From the IMG/VR virus record IMGVR_UViG_3300020039_000026: DNA of 64,000 bases; one strand, 5' to 3'. Made by a program: the position numbers and the translations under genes. Within the stretch, counting starts at the first letter, position 1. Each line of letters starts with the position of its first letter. Source of the DNA: a virus. Below, one piece after another: positions 62,994 through 64,000 of this stretch. The notes under the pieces were generated by a model, which was given only the letters and a program-made list of their open reading frames with translations, was not told the origin of the DNA and did not search any database.

Positions 62994-63344
62994 ATGCCGA
63001 GAGGGAAGCCAAACAAGAAGTACACGCCGGAATTCAAACAAACGGTAGTGGAAACAATGCAGAGGGAGAAGCTGAGTTACAAAGAAGCAGCACGAGAATT
63101 TCAAGTAAATGGTCACAGTCGCATACAAGAATGGGAGCGCATTTATTTGGAAGAAGGGCCAGAAGGTTTCCAGATAGAGCGGCGAGGACGGAAAAGCACA
63201 GGACGTCCGCCCAAAAAGCTAAAGCCAAAGGTTGAGGAGGATCTCATAGCAGAGGTTCAAAGGCTGAGAGCGGAGATAGCGTACCTAAAAAAATTGAATG
63301 CCTTGGTTTTAGAAGAGGAACGCCAAAGCAAAAGGCGCAAGTGA
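62994..63344 (+). CDS. IS3-family transposase OrfA (HTH)
   Basis: MPRGKPNKKYTPEFKQTVVETMQREKLSYKEAAREFQV is the canonical IS3 OrfA N-terminus. Leucine-zipper-like C-terminus. Confidence 0.8.
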   Translation: MPRGKPNKKYTPEFKQTVVETMQREKLSYKEAAREFQVNGHSRIQEWERIYLEEGPEGFQIERRGRKSTGRPPKKLKPKVEEDLIAEVQRLRAEIAYLKKLNALVLEEERQSKRRK

Positions 63345-64000
63345 TCTGGGAACTGAGGCATGAATACAAGGTAGCGCTGTTGCTGGATGTAGCGAAGCTG
63401 GCCCGGTCAACGTATTACTACTATGCGAAGCACCGCCAGGAGCCGGACAAGTACAGCGAGATCAAAGAACAGATCACGAACATCTTTCATGAGAACCGGG
63501 GCAGATATGGCTATCGTCGGATCACAATGGAAATGAAGAACCGGGGCTATTGTATCAACCACAAGACTGTGCAGCGGCTTATGAAGGAATTGAAACTGGA
63601 ATGCAAGGTCCGGATGAAGAAATATCGTTCCTATAAAGGTGAAGTAGGAAAGATCGCTCCTAACCTGCTGGAAAGAGATTTCAGTACTACAGCTCCCAAT
63701 CAGAAATGGGTGACAGATGTCACGGAATTTGCGCTGTTTGGGCAGAAGATTTACCTCTCGCCAATCCTTGATCTTCATTCCAGTGACTTGGTCAGCTACG
63801 TGATCTCCGACAGACCTGTACTGTCCATGGTTACGGATATGGTGAAGAAGGCACTTCCTGTCCTGCCAAAGAAAGCATCACCAATCCTTCATTCAGATCA
63901 GGGCTGGCAGTATCAGCATAAACATTACCAGAAGTTGCTGAGAGATAACGGCATCCAGCAAAGCATGAGCCGAAAGGGTAACTGTCTTGACAACGCTGTG
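63290..64000 (+). CDS. IS3-family transposase OrfB (DDE integrase core), partial. Expressed by -1 frameshift from orfA.
   Basis: Frame translation includes YGYRRITMEMKNRGYCINHKTVQRLMKEL, NQKWVTDVTEF (first D), HSDQGWQY (second D) and GNCLDNAV. No stop before the window end. Confidence 0.7.

Larger units (their letters stand above)
62930..64000 (+). mobile_element. IS3-family insertion sequence (orfA plus orfB with -1 frameshift), truncated by window end
   Basis: OrfA HTH (62994-63344) then a DDE transposase frame with an A7 slippery run at 63285-63291. A 15-bp perfect inverted-repeat hairpin CACCCCATTTGTTAG / CTAACAAATGGGGTG lies just upstream of orfA (62940-62987). Confidence 0.75.

Overview
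This window reads as a densely packed, almost entirely plus-strand segment of a large tailed phage or prophage of a Firmicutes-like host (roughly 45-55% GC, GGAGG-type RBSs), not ordinary chromosome. All calls below come from reading the sequence and ORF translations; I ran no searches. Recognisable modules in order: a 5-prime noncoding region with direct repeats; a block of unknown proteins; a JAB/MPN metalloprotease gene directly followed by a minimal ThiF/MoeB (E1-like) gene; a retron-type reverse transcriptase preceded by a 360-nt noncoding region bounded by a 9-12 bp inverted repeat; a NadR-type NMN adenylyltransferase plus PnuC transporter; an array of 9 tRNA genes with odd structured RNA between them; RNA-repair genes (Thg1-like, a nucleotidyltransferase, an Rnl5-like RNA ligase, a HAD phosphatase); a contiguous pncA-nadE-nadD-pncB operon for NAD+ synthesis from nicotinamide; recombination and replication genes (ERF, Cas4-like nuclease, macro domain, DnaB, DnaG, and dnaE split by a group I intron carrying an HNH endonuclease); nucleotide metabolism (ThyX-fold protein, NrdH/NrdD/NrdG, DNA ligase, FolD, Dut), PhoH and a ClpP-like protease; excisionase and tyrosine integrase next to an attP-like site holding a tRNA-Pro 3-prime fragment between 23-bp repeats; AT-rich cargo genes; and an IS3-family element cut by the window edge. 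The best candidates for something undescribed are the JAB+E1 pair, the phage-borne retron beside NAD-salvage genes, the two NAD modules, and the tRNA array with its non-canonical tRNAs and covarying RNA hairpins.
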